NCBI GenBank assembly: GCA_963662655.2
Contig: CAXXTU010000002.1
Location: 1,120,001 to 1,184,000 of the forward strand
Direction: 5' to 3'
Length of the DNA stretch: 64,000 bases
From: Candidatus Cloacimonadales bacterium
Lineage (GTDB): Bacteria; Cloacimonadota; Cloacimonadia; Cloacimonadales; JAIOQZ01
Below are positions 28,440 through 39,160 of this stretch, piece by piece. The notes under the pieces are model-generated. The model was not told the DNA's origin. It made no database searches and saw only the letters and a program-made list of their open reading frames with translations. The first letter of the stretch is position 1. Each line of letters opens with the position of its first letter. The translations under genes and the position numbers were made by a program.

Positions 28440-29822
28440 TTATTTGATCAGTATTATTTTGCCTGAAGACGTGATGATACCGCGTTTCAATTTCATCAGA
28501 TAGACGCCGGAGGTAACGTTTCTGCCGTTATCGTCGGTTCCGTCCCACACGATCTTGTTCTCGCCGACAGGTTGAATGTCGTTGATCAGCGTACGGACTT
28601 TCTGGCCGCGCACGTTGTAGATTGCGAGCTCGACCTTTTGCTCTTTATCGAGCGTGAACGCGATGGTTGTTTCCGGATTGAACGGGTTCGGGTAGTTGTA
28701 AAGGTTCGCATCACTGTACTCGGGAACCGTTTCGTCCACGAAATCGTTGGTCATTTGGCCGTACTGGACGTCAACAGTCTGCGTAGCGCTTGCGTCGTCA
28801 ATGGTGATAACATGGTTGGTGAAAGCGGGTGCTTCCACGTCCATGCTGTTGCGAGCAAACTTGAACTCAATCGCTTTCCAGGAACCTGCCGGGAAGAGAA
28901 CGTCGATCGACCAGACGTTGTCGCCCTGATCGGTAAGAGGGTTGTTGTTCGCGGTGAATTCCCAATCGAGCGGTGAAACGCTGCCGCAGATTGCAAGCGT
29001 GGTGAAATCGACACCCGCATTAACCGAGTCCGCAACGTCGCAGTTGAAGGTAACGGTTACGTCCTGGGTGGTGTAGTTGGCCGGATCGTCGTCGTTGAAA
29101 TATACGACATCGAGAACCATGGTGGCGTTGGTGTCGTCGATTTCGAGCGTACGGTTGCCAATCGCGTCTTCCCAGTTGCCGCCGTTGACGAACTTGTACT
29201 CGATCATCGGGGTGGTGCCTGCTACGAAAAGAACGTCGCCGGCGTAGATGTCGTCGCCCTGGTCGGTAAGAAGGTTCGTTCCGGCAGACCAGTTATTGAA
29301 GGAGCCAGCGACGGAGACGTCACCCTGGACGCCGACAAGGCTCAGATCGACCCTAAAGGTTACCGTAACGTCCTGCTGAAGGGGTGAACCGAAGGTGTAT
29401 TCGCCCGGGACATTGAGGTTGAATGGTCCTTCACCTGCCTGGTCTGTACCGTAAGAATAGGTCTCATCCGTTGCGTCATAGCCTTCGCAGAAGAAGTTGA
29501 TAACATCCCCCGTAGAGAAAGTTCCAGCCGCGATGGTTACGCTGTATTCGTCGTTGTTTCCGACTTCACCGAGATACGCCATGTCCACGGCCGTGTACTC
29601 GGTTGCGCTGGTGAGTTTGTAGTAGAAAGTCGCGGAAAGATCTGCGCCCTGGCCTTCACCCGGGGTCACGCCGTCTTTCCAGATTTGATAGTAAACGGTC
29701 AAGTCTTCTGTCGGGACATGGAATGTACCCGAATTCGGCCAGATGTTTCCGCTCCAGCCAATCTCTGCATTCAATACGAGTGCGCACGAAACAAGTATCA
29801 TTAAGATAGCGATTCGTCTCAT
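28440..29822 (-). CDS. Secreted protein with two CBM20/CBM48-like starch-binding domains and T9SS-type CTD; no catalytic domain recognised
   Basis: AGGAGG SD; signal peptide; two QDVTVTF..D...GS...W...LTDQGD...IE(Y/F)KF repeats; NYPNPFNPETT...ILIK. Confidence 0.75.
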   Translation of the reverse strand: MRRIAILMILVSCALVLNAEIGWSGNIWPNSGTFHVPTEDLTVYYQIWKDGVTPGEGQGADLSATFYYKLTSATEYTAVDMAYLGEVGNNDEYSVTIAAGTFSTGDVINFFCEGYDATDETYSYGTDQAGEGPFNLNVPGEYTFGSPLQQDVTVTFRVDLSLVGVQGDVSVAGSFNNWSAGTNLLTDQGDDIYAGDVLFVAGTTPMIEYKFVNGGNWEDAIGNRTLEIDDTNATMVLDVVYFNDDDPANYTTQDVTVTFNCDVADSVNAGVDFTTLAICGSVSPLDWEFTANNNPLTDQGDNVWSIDVLFPAGSWKAIEFKFARNSMDVEAPAFTNHVITIDDASATQTVDVQYGQMTNDFVDETVPEYSDANLYNYPNPFNPETTIAFTLDKEQKVELAIYNVRGQKVRTLINDIQPVGENKIVWDGTDDNGRNVTSGVYLMKLKRGIITSSGKIILIK

Positions 29823-29964
29823 GTTGAACCTCCTGTTTTTTATTTCTACTGTTTGTATCAATATTCATAGAAGAATGCATCAAGCCTTTCGATACGCTTT
29901 CAATGCCATCTTCTATAAAAAATACACGTTATAACTCTATCGTCAAGAATACTTTACTGGTTCT

Positions 29965-30801
29965 TCAACCTTTTACGCTTCCAAGCGTCAGGCCGGAAAC
30001 CAGCCACCGGCTCAGGAAGAGGAACAGCGCCACGACCGGAACGCTTATCAGCAGCGATCCCGCAGCGTACATGCCCCACTCTGTCGTCATGTTGCCTTGC
30101 AGACTCTTGAGCCCGAGCGGGATAGTGAACATCTCTTCGTACCAGAGCACCTGCGCGGCTACGATGTACTCATTCCAGGCAGCCATGAAGGAGAAGAGCG
30201 CGGTAATCACCAGCGCCGGAGCCGCCAGAGGTAGAATGATCTTCCAGAACGTGTAAAATCTCCCCGCGCCGTCAACCATCGCGGATTCCTCCAGGCTGAA
30301 CGGGATGGTATCGTAGTAACCCTTCATCAGCCAGATGCAGAACGGTAATGCAGTCGCGCTGTACATGATGATCAAGCCGAGGAAACTGTTGATCAATCCC
30401 AGCTTCGAAAGCATGATGAACAGCGGTAGAAGCAGCATCGTCGCCGGAAACATCTGCGTAATGAGCAGACTAAGGAGCCCCGCCTTACGACCGGGGAAGC
30501 GATATCGCGAAAAGGCGTATCCCGCAAGGGATGCGAAAGCGACGCCCACGATGGTAACCGTGATGGAGACCATCAGGCTGTTGCGAATCCACAGAAGGAA
30601 GGGCTTCTCCGTGAAGAGCCGCACGTAGTTGTCGAATGTCGCGTCTGCGGGAACGATCGCCAGCGAGCGATTGAGAAGGTTGTCGCCGGGACGAAGCGAG
30701 ATCGTGAAGATACGCAACACCGGATAGACCGATATGGCTACGAACAGCAGCACGATGGCGTAGATGATCGTTGTTGTCGTGATCTTTTTAAACTTGTTCA
30801 T
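29965..30801 (-). CDS. malG: Carbohydrate ABC permease (MalG-like)
   Basis: WIRNSL, AGYAFSRYRFPG and EAA loop IPFSLEESAMVDGA; GGAGG SD before ATG 30801. Confidence 0.88.
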   Translation of the reverse strand: MNKFKKITTTTIIYAIVLLFVAISVYPVLRIFTISLRPGDNLLNRSLAIVPADATFDNYVRLFTEKPFLLWIRNSLMVSITVTIVGVAFASLAGYAFSRYRFPGRKAGLLSLLITQMFPATMLLLPLFIMLSKLGLINSFLGLIIMYSATALPFCIWLMKGYYDTIPFSLEESAMVDGAGRFYTFWKIILPLAAPALVITALFSFMAAWNEYIVAAQVLWYEEMFTIPLGLKSLQGNMTTEWGMYAAGSLLISVPVVALFLFLSRWLVSGLTLGSVKG

Positions 30802-30812
30802 GCGTCCCTCCC

Positions 30813-33170
30813 CTATGCCTTTTCCGCAACCTGGCTGCGGTTCATGAACGTCAATCCGAAGAACGCGAGGAACAGGAAGATCAGCACGGAGAATGCCGCC
30901 GCGTACCCGTAGCGGTAAAGGTTGAACGCGGCCCGATAGACGTATGTCACCAGGATATGCGAGTGGTCCGCAGGTTGTCCGCCGTTGGTTACCAGCCAGA
31001 GCACGTTCAGGTTGTTGAAGGTCCACACCGTTCCGAGCGTGATCGCGGGAACCATCACCGGTTTCAGGAGCGGAACGGTCACGTTCCAGAATTGCTTCCA
31101 CGATGACGCGCCGTCGATTTTCGCCGCCTCATACAGCTCTTTGGGTATCGATTGCAGACCGCCCAGCGCGATGACCATCATGAAAGAGAATCCCAACCAG
31201 ATGTTGGTGATGATCGCGGCGATGAACGCCATCGTCGGCTCGGAGAGCCAGTTCACTCCGGCAATACCCAGATGATTGAGCATCAGGTTGATCGCTCCGG
31301 TATCGGAGATGAACATCCCGCGCCAGGTAAGCGCGACAATGTACTGCGGAACCGCCCACGGCAGGATCAGCAGCACCCGGAAGATCGGTTTGCCGGGAAG
31401 CTTCCTGTTCATCAACAGCGCAAGCATCACGCCGAGCGTAACGTGGAAGAACACGTTGACGATCGTCCAGATGAGCGTTTTGATGAATACCGCAACAAAT
31501 TTATGATGCGTAATAAAGTACTTTAGGTAATCCCACGTGACGAATCCGCCTTCGCTACCGATCGAGTTGCGGTAGTCCGCGAAGCTCATATCGAAGTCCC
31601 ACAGCACCTTCCCGTATTGCTCCACGCCGATGACTTCCCACGAATTCACGTTGGTCATGTTCATATTGGAAAACGAAAGGACGATGTTGTAGAAGAAGGG
31701 ATAGATCACCACGCCGAACATCACGATGGCTGCCGGTATGGAGATCAGGATTGCGAACCGCGCGTTACGGGCTTCCATCGTATATGGATTGCGAAGCAGC
31801 GCCAGGACGAATTTGAAGATCAGCAAGTACGTGAGATAAAGACCCAGCGCGATGCCGATGATGTAAATAATGTATTTCGTGATATGCTGGCTGCTCCCAG
31901 CTCCGGCGACCTCGTACATGTCGTTGATCTTCTCGATACACAGCTTCTGCTGGTAGGTTGCCCCCTCTTCCGGGGTCATATTCCCGCCCACAACGCTTTG
32001 CAGCGCCGGGCGCATGGCGTCCCAGGCAGCGCGCATCTCGGGGATGATCGGCATGAGCTGCCCCGCTTCGATCTGCGCGGCGGAAGTTTTCACTGTGGGG
32101 TCGTTTGCAAACTCGGGATCGTTGTACAGCGTTTTGATCGACGGGATCGACTTGAACTCGGTCGCGAAACGTTTCTGAACAGTCTCGGACGTCAGCCAGG
32201 TCAGAACCTTCTTCGTGGCTTCCATCACTTCGGGCTTGGTGTTGGAGTTGATCGAGTAGCCGGTGGCAGATACCATTGGGCTGCACCACAATCCCGATTC
32301 TTCCACGTAAGGGATCTTCGCAAGGCCGAAATCGACCTCCGGGGACCCCATGTATTTCTGCCACGACCAGTCGCCGTTGATGATCATACCGGCGTTACCC
32401 TGGTTGAACATGTTGTCCGCGATGTCGTAATCGCACTCGGGTGGCATAATCTTATAGACGTCGCGCATGTCCTTGATGAGCTTGAACGCCTTCGCCGCCG
32501 CAGGTGAATCGAGCTGAGGCTTGTTGTTCTCGTCGAAAACCCTACCGCCGTAACCACCGAAGAACGGAACATACCAGAAAGGTTCCGTGTAATTCCATAC
32601 GAGTCCCCACTGGTCGATCACGCCATCGCCGTCGACATCTTTCGTCAGCTTCTGGCCGTACTCGATGAGCTGCTCGATCGTCTCGGGAGGACCGGGTAGT
32701 CCCGCCTCGTCAAAAAGTCGTTTATTATAAGGCAAAGCGAGGTGGTTGCCGATGCGGTCGGCGATCTGATAGAGATGCCCTTTATAATGAATCAGGCCGT
32801 TGGCCGTGAATTTCTTGAAAAACTCTTCCGGGAAAACCTCTTCAAGGGGCATGATAATACTTCGGTCGCTGTTTTTCAGCTTCATCACCTCAAACGGTCC
32901 GATCTGGTCCATGGGACCATACACCAGTTCGGGACCGCCGCCGGTAAATGCCGCCGCCGCCTGATACCCCGTCCTGAGTTCTTCCACGTTCTTGGATAAT
33001 AGTATGACTTCGATATCGGGATTGTCCCTCATGAACTCGTCGACAACATCTTTGAGGAGCGGTCGCTTGTTCGGCTCCATCGTGTGCCAGAGATGGACTT
33101 TGTCTATCGAAACCAGAATTTGCGCTGTAACAAATAGAAATAATAACGTTAATGCTAATGTCTTTCTCAT
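30813..33170 (-). CDS. Fused sugar-binding protein (MalE-like) and MalF-like permease
   Basis: N-terminal ~420 aa SBP (YNKRLF, FNQGNAGMIINGDW, PIIPEMRAAW), then TM helices with LILPWAVP and IPKELYEAAKIDGA, all in one frame. Confidence 0.88.
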   Translation of the reverse strand: MRKTLALTLLFLFVTAQILVSIDKVHLWHTMEPNKRPLLKDVVDEFMRDNPDIEVILLSKNVEELRTGYQAAAAFTGGGPELVYGPMDQIGPFEVMKLKNSDRSIIMPLEEVFPEEFFKKFTANGLIHYKGHLYQIADRIGNHLALPYNKRLFDEAGLPGPPETIEQLIEYGQKLTKDVDGDGVIDQWGLVWNYTEPFWYVPFFGGYGGRVFDENNKPQLDSPAAAKAFKLIKDMRDVYKIMPPECDYDIADNMFNQGNAGMIINGDWSWQKYMGSPEVDFGLAKIPYVEESGLWCSPMVSATGYSINSNTKPEVMEATKKVLTWLTSETVQKRFATEFKSIPSIKTLYNDPEFANDPTVKTSAAQIEAGQLMPIIPEMRAAWDAMRPALQSVVGGNMTPEEGATYQQKLCIEKINDMYEVAGAGSSQHITKYIIYIIGIALGLYLTYLLIFKFVLALLRNPYTMEARNARFAILISIPAAIVMFGVVIYPFFYNIVLSFSNMNMTNVNSWEVIGVEQYGKVLWDFDMSFADYRNSIGSEGGFVTWDYLKYFITHHKFVAVFIKTLIWTIVNVFFHVTLGVMLALLMNRKLPGKPIFRVLLILPWAVPQYIVALTWRGMFISDTGAINLMLNHLGIAGVNWLSEPTMAFIAAIITNIWLGFSFMMVIALGGLQSIPKELYEAAKIDGASSWKQFWNVTVPLLKPVMVPAITLGTVWTFNNLNVLWLVTNGGQPADHSHILVTYVYRAAFNLYRYGYAAAFSVLIFLFLAFFGLTFMNRSQVAEKA

Positions 33171-33443
33171 CCTGAACCACCGTCGATTCGTTTTTTGAAT
33201 TCTTATACCTCAAACAAATCCTAATTTATGGAATCGCGTAAATTCGCTGTCAATTTATTTATTTTTCAGCCTGATCGACAATGAACCAGTATAAGTGATT
33301 CAAATGAAAGCAGGATGCCACTATTTAACCTTATGCCAATGCTTTGCAAGTTGACAGGATTGAAGTCTACCACAACACGCTTCGTAAGGATTTGATGAAA
33401 AATAGTCGTGAATTCTTTATTAACAAGCTTCAAGCCGATTCCA

Positions 33444-33571
33444 GCGCGCGAGCAGATTCGTTCGATCCGTTTCCACCGGGGTGTTTCACAGCCTTACCTC
33501 GATACTTACCTTGATTTATAAGGCTGTGGTATATCCCCGGTGGAAACGGATCGGGCGAAGATGCCGTGCGC
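33444..33571 (+). repeat. Family-2 long-hairpin element, copy 2
   Basis: CGATCCGTTTCCACCGGGG / CCCCGGTGGAAACGGATCG arms plus the boxes shared with 13134-13288. Confidence 0.85.
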
Positions 33572-33579
33572 GTCCCGCG

Positions 33580-34485
33580 TTAACCCCGCGGATGATAGAG
33601 CCGGTGCTGCTCGATGATGTGCTGCATGTCGATATTGGTGTAGATTTGCGTTGTGTTGATGCTGACATGCCCCAATAAAAGTTGAACGGTACGGAGATTC
33701 GCACCACCCTCGAGCAAATGCGTCGCAAAGGAGTGCCGGATAATATGCGGATGCAGCTTCTCCCACCAGGCAAAGCCCAGCTTCTTCGCCTCCTCGCGCA
33801 ATATCTTCCAGACTCCCATCCTGCTCAATCCCTTACCGGAGCGATTCAGAAACAGCACGTCCGTTTGCTTCTCTCGCTTGAGCCGGAATCGATACTTGTT
33901 CACATATAATTCAAGATACTTCAGGGACTCCCCTGCTATCGGCACGATGCGCTGCTTGTTCCCTTTTCCGGTTACGCGAAGCACGTGCGATTCCCATATA
34001 ACATCGTGTACGGAAGCTCCAATCACTTCCGATATCCGCAAACCCGTGGCGTACATGAGCTCGAGCATCGCTTTGTTGCGGAGCTGCAAGGGGGTTTCCA
34101 GCGGAAGCGCGTCGAGATACTCGAGAATCTCTTCCTTGGACAGCACTTCGGGGAGTCGTTTGGGCGACTTTATGGGTGGAATGCTCTCGATGTGAAAAGA
34201 TAACGGGACGTCCTCTTCCGCGAGAAACTTGTAAAAGGATACAATCGTGCTTCGCTTTCTGGCAATGCTGGTGAAGGCAAGCCCGATTTCCTGCAAGTAC
34301 ACGAGATGGTTGACAATATGATCGATCGTAGCGTTTTCCACCGGTCGATCCATGTCCTCAAAAAACTGGACGAGATCGTTCGTGTAGCTTTCCAGCGTGT
34401 TGTCGGCAAGCCCCTTCTCGAGCTTCAAGTAGCTCCGAAACTGGTTCAACAGCGCTCTGTTGTGCTTTGACTCGATTCGCTCCAA
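33580..34485 (-). CDS. xerD: Tyrosine recombinase XerD-like
   Basis: LELMYATGLRISE, GKGNKQR, HIIRHSFATHLLEGGA and LLGH...TTQIY; TTG start. Confidence 0.88.
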   Translation of the reverse strand: MERIESKHNRALLNQFRSYLKLEKGLADNTLESYTNDLVQFFEDMDRPVENATIDHIVNHLVYLQEIGLAFTSIARKRSTIVSFYKFLAEEDVPLSFHIESIPPIKSPKRLPEVLSKEEILEYLDALPLETPLQLRNKAMLELMYATGLRISEVIGASVHDVIWESHVLRVTGKGNKQRIVPIAGESLKYLELYVNKYRFRLKREKQTDVLFLNRSGKGLSRMGVWKILREEAKKLGFAWWEKLHPHIIRHSFATHLLEGGANLRTVQLLLGHVSINTTQIYTNIDMQHIIEQHRLYHPRG

Positions 34486-34548
34486 AACGCACTCCCAATC
34501 TCTATCCTGAAAATCCTGACCTATCCCGGGAATCCTGCTTCAGATAAT

Positions 34549-36090
<1,542 letters not shown>

Positions 36091-36195
36091 TTATGGGATT
36101 TTTGTCAAGACGGAAATATTGGCAGTTCGCTAATTTTATCTTTCGCCAGTAAATAGAGCGCTAAAGCTCTCCTCCGGCGATCCGTACGATTGGTT

Positions 36196-38367
36196 TTAAA
36201 GAGGCATGTCAACTTCGTAGAAAAAACCGGCTTCCCAGTTTCTGCCCGGCTCCGGCTGCCCGGAATCGATCTCATAAACCGCATCCAGAAGGTTGTTGAG
36301 CTTTCCATAGAAAACGGGCTGAAGCCATTGGCTACCCGACAGCTTCAAGCAATACTTCGCATCGATATCGAGCACCTCGTACGGATCGAGCGCGCCCATC
36401 ATGTTGTCCAGCGTCGTGTAGCGTTCGCCGATCCTGTTCCAGGATGCGCCAATCGATGCGCCCCAGCTTTCCAGATTCAGCTTGAGGCTTGTCACCGAGA
36501 CCGGTATGCCCGGAACGGTTTTGCCGTAGTGATCCGCATGCGAACCGTCTTCATCGGTGCTTCGATCTTCCGCGAAAGTGCGCTGCCAGCTCCCCGAGAA
36601 ATGCGCAAACGGCACCGGACTCAACATCAGCTCCATCTTGAAATTTCTGACAATCGTCGCGCCAATGTTATCCGGCTTCCAGCCATATACTGATTTATGC
36701 CAGAAAATCAGATCGTCAACCTGCTGATCGCTCCATGTAATCCCAAGATCGATCATTTCCTTGTACCAGCTTGACAGCATAACCTGATACCCGAAACTCT
36801 TTTCAGGCTCGAGATCGGGATTCCCCATCGCCTGTCCCCCGCCTTTCCAGTAGAGGTCGTACAGCGACGGCAAGGAGTATCCGGTCCCGCAATCTGCACC
36901 GACTTTCAAACCGATCGTGTCCTCGCTCTCCAGTTCCAAACCCGCCTTCCAACTGGAGAAGTTCTGGTCGTCCTGCATGTCGGAGTGAACATAGTCGTGC
37001 CGGTAATCCAGGTTGACAGTGGTGAGAAACCAGCGCATATCGATTTCGGATGATATCCGCAAATGGGGTGAAAGGTTCGTTTGTTTGATCGGTTCAACGT
37101 CGCTCCAGTAGGTAATCCGATCCTTGTATTCATATTGTTGGGTTCTCCAGGTAAAGGTCGGCTCCACCTCGAGAAATTCATTAAAGTATATCATCGTCTC
37201 CTGATCCGCGCCATAAGATTCGTAGAAGTTTTCACCTTTCGCAACGGCGGTGAACGCGGTCGATCCCGTGTTGTCGTACAGCGTGTATTCCTTACTGTAG
37301 TGAGGCACCAGGCGGAAATGTGCGACGTCGAAGCGCTTGTCCATATCAAGGGACATCCGCAAGGATCGCCCTTGCAGATTCGCGTCGTCGTACGCCGCGA
37401 TTTGCGTGTATCGACCGATCATCTGCTTGGAGAACTCGCGATATAGAACGCTCAGGCGGTTGCCGAACGGCACGACGGGAATCTCTTGATTCAGCGAGAA
37501 ATCCCAGCTCGAAACGGCATTGTTGATATTCTTCTGGGTTTCACCCTGTTGATCCTTGTACTCGAAGTCCGCCCGATTGTACAGGTGGCTGACGCTGATG
37601 TCCGTCTTGCATATCCAGCTCCAGAGCGAGGCATCCAGCCGGTTCTTTTGTAGGTCGTACGAGCCAGCGCTCTGACTGGTGAGCAGTTTGAGATTGGTCG
37701 TGGACGATTCCATCTCGTCACGCCGGGTTACGATATTCACAATGCCGCCGATGGCGCCGCTTCCGGCAATCGCGCCCGATCCGCCTTCGATGATCTCCAC
37801 CCGTTCGATGATCGAAGCGGGAATGCTGGAGAGGTCGAACGAATTCCCGGAGCTGTTGACGACAACACCGTCGATCATAACTACCGTGTGTTTGGACTTC
37901 TGGCCCTGCAGCGAGACATAACGGCTTTCGCCCGGGAGGCTGCCTCCCGTCATGTACAAGCCTGTCTCTTTTCGGATGATATCCGCGACGTCGGCCGCTT
38001 CGAGCTGCGCCTCTTCCACGACGATGGTTTTCTTTCCGCTGTAATTGGGAAGACGCGGAGAATATCGCATCTCCCGTATCCTCATACCGTCTATTCGAAC
38101 AGCTTCTACGCTCAACACAACCGTTGAATTCTCGGTAAGCTCTTTTATCGTGACACTTTGCGAGAGAAAACCAATTTTTGCGAAAGAAAGGGAATCGGCA
38201 GCAGCGTTGATGGTGAAGTTTCCGTGCATATCCGTATAGACGCCCCTCTCACCGCATGTGACGATGACATTCTCAACAGGTGCCCCGGATTCATTCACCA
38301 CACGGCCGGAGATGGCCGAAACCGTCGTGAAGATTAGCAGTAATATGGAGATGGATAACGCGCGCAT
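36196..38367 (-). CDS. TonB-dependent receptor (BtuB-like) with N-terminal carboxypeptidase-regulatory-like domain
   Basis: Signal peptide; plug motif IERVEIIEGG...GAIGGIVNIVT; PSLYDLY...GNPDLEPE; NLLD.VY...PGR. Confidence 0.88.
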   Translation of the reverse strand: MRALSISILLLIFTTVSAISGRVVNESGAPVENVIVTCGERGVYTDMHGNFTINAAADSLSFAKIGFLSQSVTIKELTENSTVVLSVEAVRIDGMRIREMRYSPRLPNYSGKKTIVVEEAQLEAADVADIIRKETGLYMTGGSLPGESRYVSLQGQKSKHTVVMIDGVVVNSSGNSFDLSSIPASIIERVEIIEGGSGAIAGSGAIGGIVNIVTRRDEMESSTTNLKLLTSQSAGSYDLQKNRLDASLWSWICKTDISVSHLYNRADFEYKDQQGETQKNINNAVSSWDFSLNQEIPVVPFGNRLSVLYREFSKQMIGRYTQIAAYDDANLQGRSLRMSLDMDKRFDVAHFRLVPHYSKEYTLYDNTGSTAFTAVAKGENFYESYGADQETMIYFNEFLEVEPTFTWRTQQYEYKDRITYWSDVEPIKQTNLSPHLRISSEIDMRWFLTTVNLDYRHDYVHSDMQDDQNFSSWKAGLELESEDTIGLKVGADCGTGYSLPSLYDLYWKGGGQAMGNPDLEPEKSFGYQVMLSSWYKEMIDLGITWSDQQVDDLIFWHKSVYGWKPDNIGATIVRNFKMELMLSPVPFAHFSGSWQRTFAEDRSTDEDGSHADHYGKTVPGIPVSVTSLKLNLESWGASIGASWNRIGERYTTLDNMMGALDPYEVLDIDAKYCLKLSGSQWLQPVFYGKLNNLLDAVYEIDSGQPEPGRNWEAGFFYEVDMPL

Positions 38368-39143
38368 CAATCGATCGGATAGGAAAGCATGGGGTGTCCA
38401 GTGGCGGGATTGCGAACTAGGGGTACTGTTATGCCGAAAACTTCGCGAAGGTTGCTTTCCGTGACAACATCCGCAGGAGAACCGTCCGCAACAAGTTTTC
38501 CTGCTTTCATCAGGAGAATGCGTGGGCAGTAACTGATGGCCAGGTTAATGTTGTGCGAGACAAGAATCACCAGCTTGCCTTCCTCGCGGTTGATCGTGCG
38601 GATCAGTTGCATAATCTCCAACTGGTGGTTGATATCCAGATGGGAGAAACTCTCGTCCATCAGAATGGCGTTCGTGTCCTGCGCCAGGGCTCTCGCGATG
38701 GATACGCGCTGCTGCTCACCACCGCTGAGCTGAGAAAACGGCTGCTTTCGCAGCCCGAGCAGATCGAGTTTCTCGAGGATGGAGTCAACCATCTCCCGAT
38801 CGGCTTTCGTGTAGTCCCGCCAGGTATCCAGGTATGGAAAACGTCCCATCATGACGACATCCTCCACGAGGTAGTCGAATTGCAGATGGAAGTCCTGCGG
38901 AATCAGGGCGAGCTCTCTTGAGAGTTCGTTGCGAGACATCGCGTGGGTGTCTTTACCGTGAAGATAGGCCTTCCCTGCGATGGGATGAATGTGCCGAATG
39001 AGCGTTTTGAGGAGAGTCGATTTGCCGCATCCGTTCGGCCCGATCAGGGCACAGAAGTCGTTTCCATCGAATCCGACGCTGAGCCTGTCGATAACATTTT
39101 TCTCTCCGTATCCTGATGTCAACTCTTCTATTTTCAAATACAT
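38367..39143 (-). CDS. Iron-chelate/cobalamin ABC ATPase
   Basis: GPNGCGKST, LSGGEQQR, ILMDE...HLD.NHQ and SH motifs. Confidence 0.9.
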   Translation of the reverse strand: MYLKIEELTSGYGEKNVIDRLSVGFDGNDFCALIGPNGCGKSTLLKTLIRHIHPIAGKAYLHGKDTHAMSRNELSRELALIPQDFHLQFDYLVEDVVMMGRFPYLDTWRDYTKADREMVDSILEKLDLLGLRKQPFSQLSGGEQQRVSIARALAQDTNAILMDESFSHLDINHQLEIMQLIRTINREEGKLVILVSHNINLAISYCPRILLMKAGKLVADGSPADVVTESNLREVFGITVPLVRNPATGHPMLSYPID

Positions 39144-39160
39144 GTTGATATCGATTTACC

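Noticed and set aside
33580..34485. Integron integrase or prophage integrase
   Set aside because: About 300 aa with XerD-like motifs, no evident IntI insertion, no cassette array or phage genes, and located beside guaB.
36196..38367. TonB receptor as the SusC of the alpha-glucan locus
   Set aside because: Too short and BtuB-like, no SusD partner, coupled to an iron/cobalamin-type ATPase, and separated from the locus by xerD-guaB.
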